From an uncultured Lishizhenia sp. (GTDB lineage Bacteria; Bacteroidota; Bacteroidia; Flavobacteriales_D; Crocinitomicaceae), in assembly GCA_964534495.1 (NCBI GenBank), contig CAZHPL010000001.1, positions 6,255 through 41,286 on the forward strand: a stretch of 35,032 nt of DNA, read 5' to 3'. Shown here piece by piece: positions 33,968-35,032 of the stretch; the first letter of the stretch is position 1, and each line of letters begins with the position of its first letter. Made by a program: the position numbers and the translations under genes. Under the pieces are notes generated by a model. That model saw only the letters and a list, made by a program, of their open reading frames with translations. It was not told the origin of the DNA and searched no databases.

Positions 33968-34405
33968 ATGTCAGACTTCTATAAAGCAACCGTAAAAAAG
34001 ATAACAGGAAAAACAATGTATTTTTCCTTGACAATAATTCAGCCCGATATTAGGGTTTTTCCACTTAATGCTGAATCAGGCTTTTTAATACTCGTTCAGT
34101 ATTTTTCAGAATTTGCCAATAAAAATGCGCCGGATGAAATAAAAAACAATTTCAACTTAATGGTTGATAACGATTGGGCTAAATCTGTAAAGAGTAAATA
34201 CATTAAATCTTTCGCTATATTATCTGCACGAAGAGCACCTGATAAAGTTTATAAACTTAAAGACGATGAATTTACAGCTTGGTGGGAGTGCGAATCTAAT
34301 TTGCCCTTTGCAGAATATAAGTTAGTTGTAAAAGATGTTTCATTGCTTGCTGAAATTAATGTGGGAGTTACTTGGGGTGTTGGTGTTTACGAAGGATTTT
34401 ATTAA
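33968..34405 (+). CDS. hypothetical protein
   Basis: 145 aa. It starts 8 nt after the upstream stop. No recognisable motif. Confidence 0.55.
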   Translation: MSDFYKATVKKITGKTMYFSLTIIQPDIRVFPLNAESGFLILVQYFSEFANKNAPDEIKNNFNLMVDNDWAKSVKSKYIKSFAILSARRAPDKVYKLKDDEFTAWWECESNLPFAEYKLVVKDVSLLAEINVGVTWGVGVYEGFY

Positions 34406-34513
34406 TCACAGTTCAATCTGGGAATTAAATATTTAGGTGTTCACAATAACAACTATGATGGAATTAAAATTCTACTTTTTGGACAATTCAACTTTAGTTT
34501 AAATTAAAAAAAC

Positions 34514-34996
34514 ATGAGTAAAATTTGGAATCAATATCTTGAAGATTTTGGTGATATCGAAGGTCACGAATACGAGATTGAAAAACGAAATGATAATCCT
34601 GCTTTGTATGATTGTGCAAGAGCAATAGGAGAATACGACGACCCTGATTTCTTAAACGATTGTATTCAACAAGGAATGATTAATGTCAATGGTTTAGAAC
34701 CTAGAACCCATAAACCTTTACTGTTTTTGGCTGTAACAAGTAATCGTTTAGAAAGCTGCAAAATCCTGATGGACAACGGTGCAGATTTATCGTTCAAAGA
34801 AATGGAAAAATCCTACTTGTGGTGGGCCATTTTCTCCAATACAAACAAAGAAATTGTGGAAGTTTTACTTCGAAAAAGTACCAACCCTGATGCGCCAATC
34901 GCACCACTTTCAACGGAAGAATTAGAGGACTTGATAGACAGAGCGGAACGAAAATCAAGTAAAGAAGTGGTGGATTTACTGAAAAGTTTAAAATAA
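34514..34996 (+). CDS. ankyrin-repeat protein
   Basis: 160 aa. HKPLLFLAVTSNRLESCKILMDNGADLS and YLWWAIFSNTNKEIVEVLLRKSTNPD fit the ANK consensus (..pLh.A......e.v.~LL..GAd.). Confidence 0.7.
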   Translation: MSKIWNQYLEDFGDIEGHEYEIEKRNDNPALYDCARAIGEYDDPDFLNDCIQQGMINVNGLEPRTHKPLLFLAVTSNRLESCKILMDNGADLSFKEMEKSYLWWAIFSNTNKEIVEVLLRKSTNPDAPIAPLSTEELEDLIDRAERKSSKEVVDLLKSLK

Positions 34997-35032
34997 CATC
35001 TTCATATAATCCTGAATTAAGCAAATGACCAC

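Noticed and set aside
1-35032. tRNA, rRNA, tmRNA, riboswitch or CRISPR elements
   Set aside because: I scanned the intergenic regions by eye (1170-1567, 11909-12003, 13466-13711, 14159-14641, 19133-19242, 23470-23682, 24754-25328, 29430-29534, 32591-32653, 34406-34513). I saw no cloverleaf-like or conserved riboswitch sequences. A covariance-model scan would still be needed to be certain.

Overview
The window looks like a chromosomal segment of a Bacteroidota (Flavobacteriia-like) genome. This rests on gldA, T9SS type A and type B sorting domains, PorP/SprF, and perfect TAnnTTTG -7 boxes 13-30 nt upstream of several start codons. The left two thirds (1-23.5 kb) is mostly core. It holds tyrS (partial), gldA, an O-antigen-ligase-like protein, an S41 peptidase, rnpA, and a T9SS type-B cargo/PorP-SprF/OmpA cassette. 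It also holds an LRR protein, ribF, an S46 peptidase, a processive GT2, a T9SS type-A protein, cysS and a DUF3050-like protein. One mobile-type locus interrupts this block: a lone HUH/Y1 transposase (RAYT-like) flanked on both sides by composite hairpin repeats built around a perfect 28-nt palindrome. From about 23.5 kb to the right edge the sequence looks accessory and is visibly more AT-rich at its start. This part contains a MORN/YwqK-like lipoprotein and three 51-bp tandem repeats that overlap the promoter of an AAA ATPase fused to a PD-(D/E)xK-like domain. It also contains an 875-aa WG-repeat protein and 11 tightly packed same-strand small cytoplasmic genes (29.5-35.0 kb). Those genes include SUKH/SMI1-KNR4-like proteins, an ankyrin protein, and a three-copy tandem paralog family with a frameshifted copy and a truncated fourth copy. 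No toxin gene is visible. My best candidates for something undescribed are this orphan polyimmunity-like array, and the ATPase-nuclease gene with its repeat-structured operator. No rRNA, tRNA or CRISPR array was recognised. All family assignments come from motif recognition by eye, not from searches.
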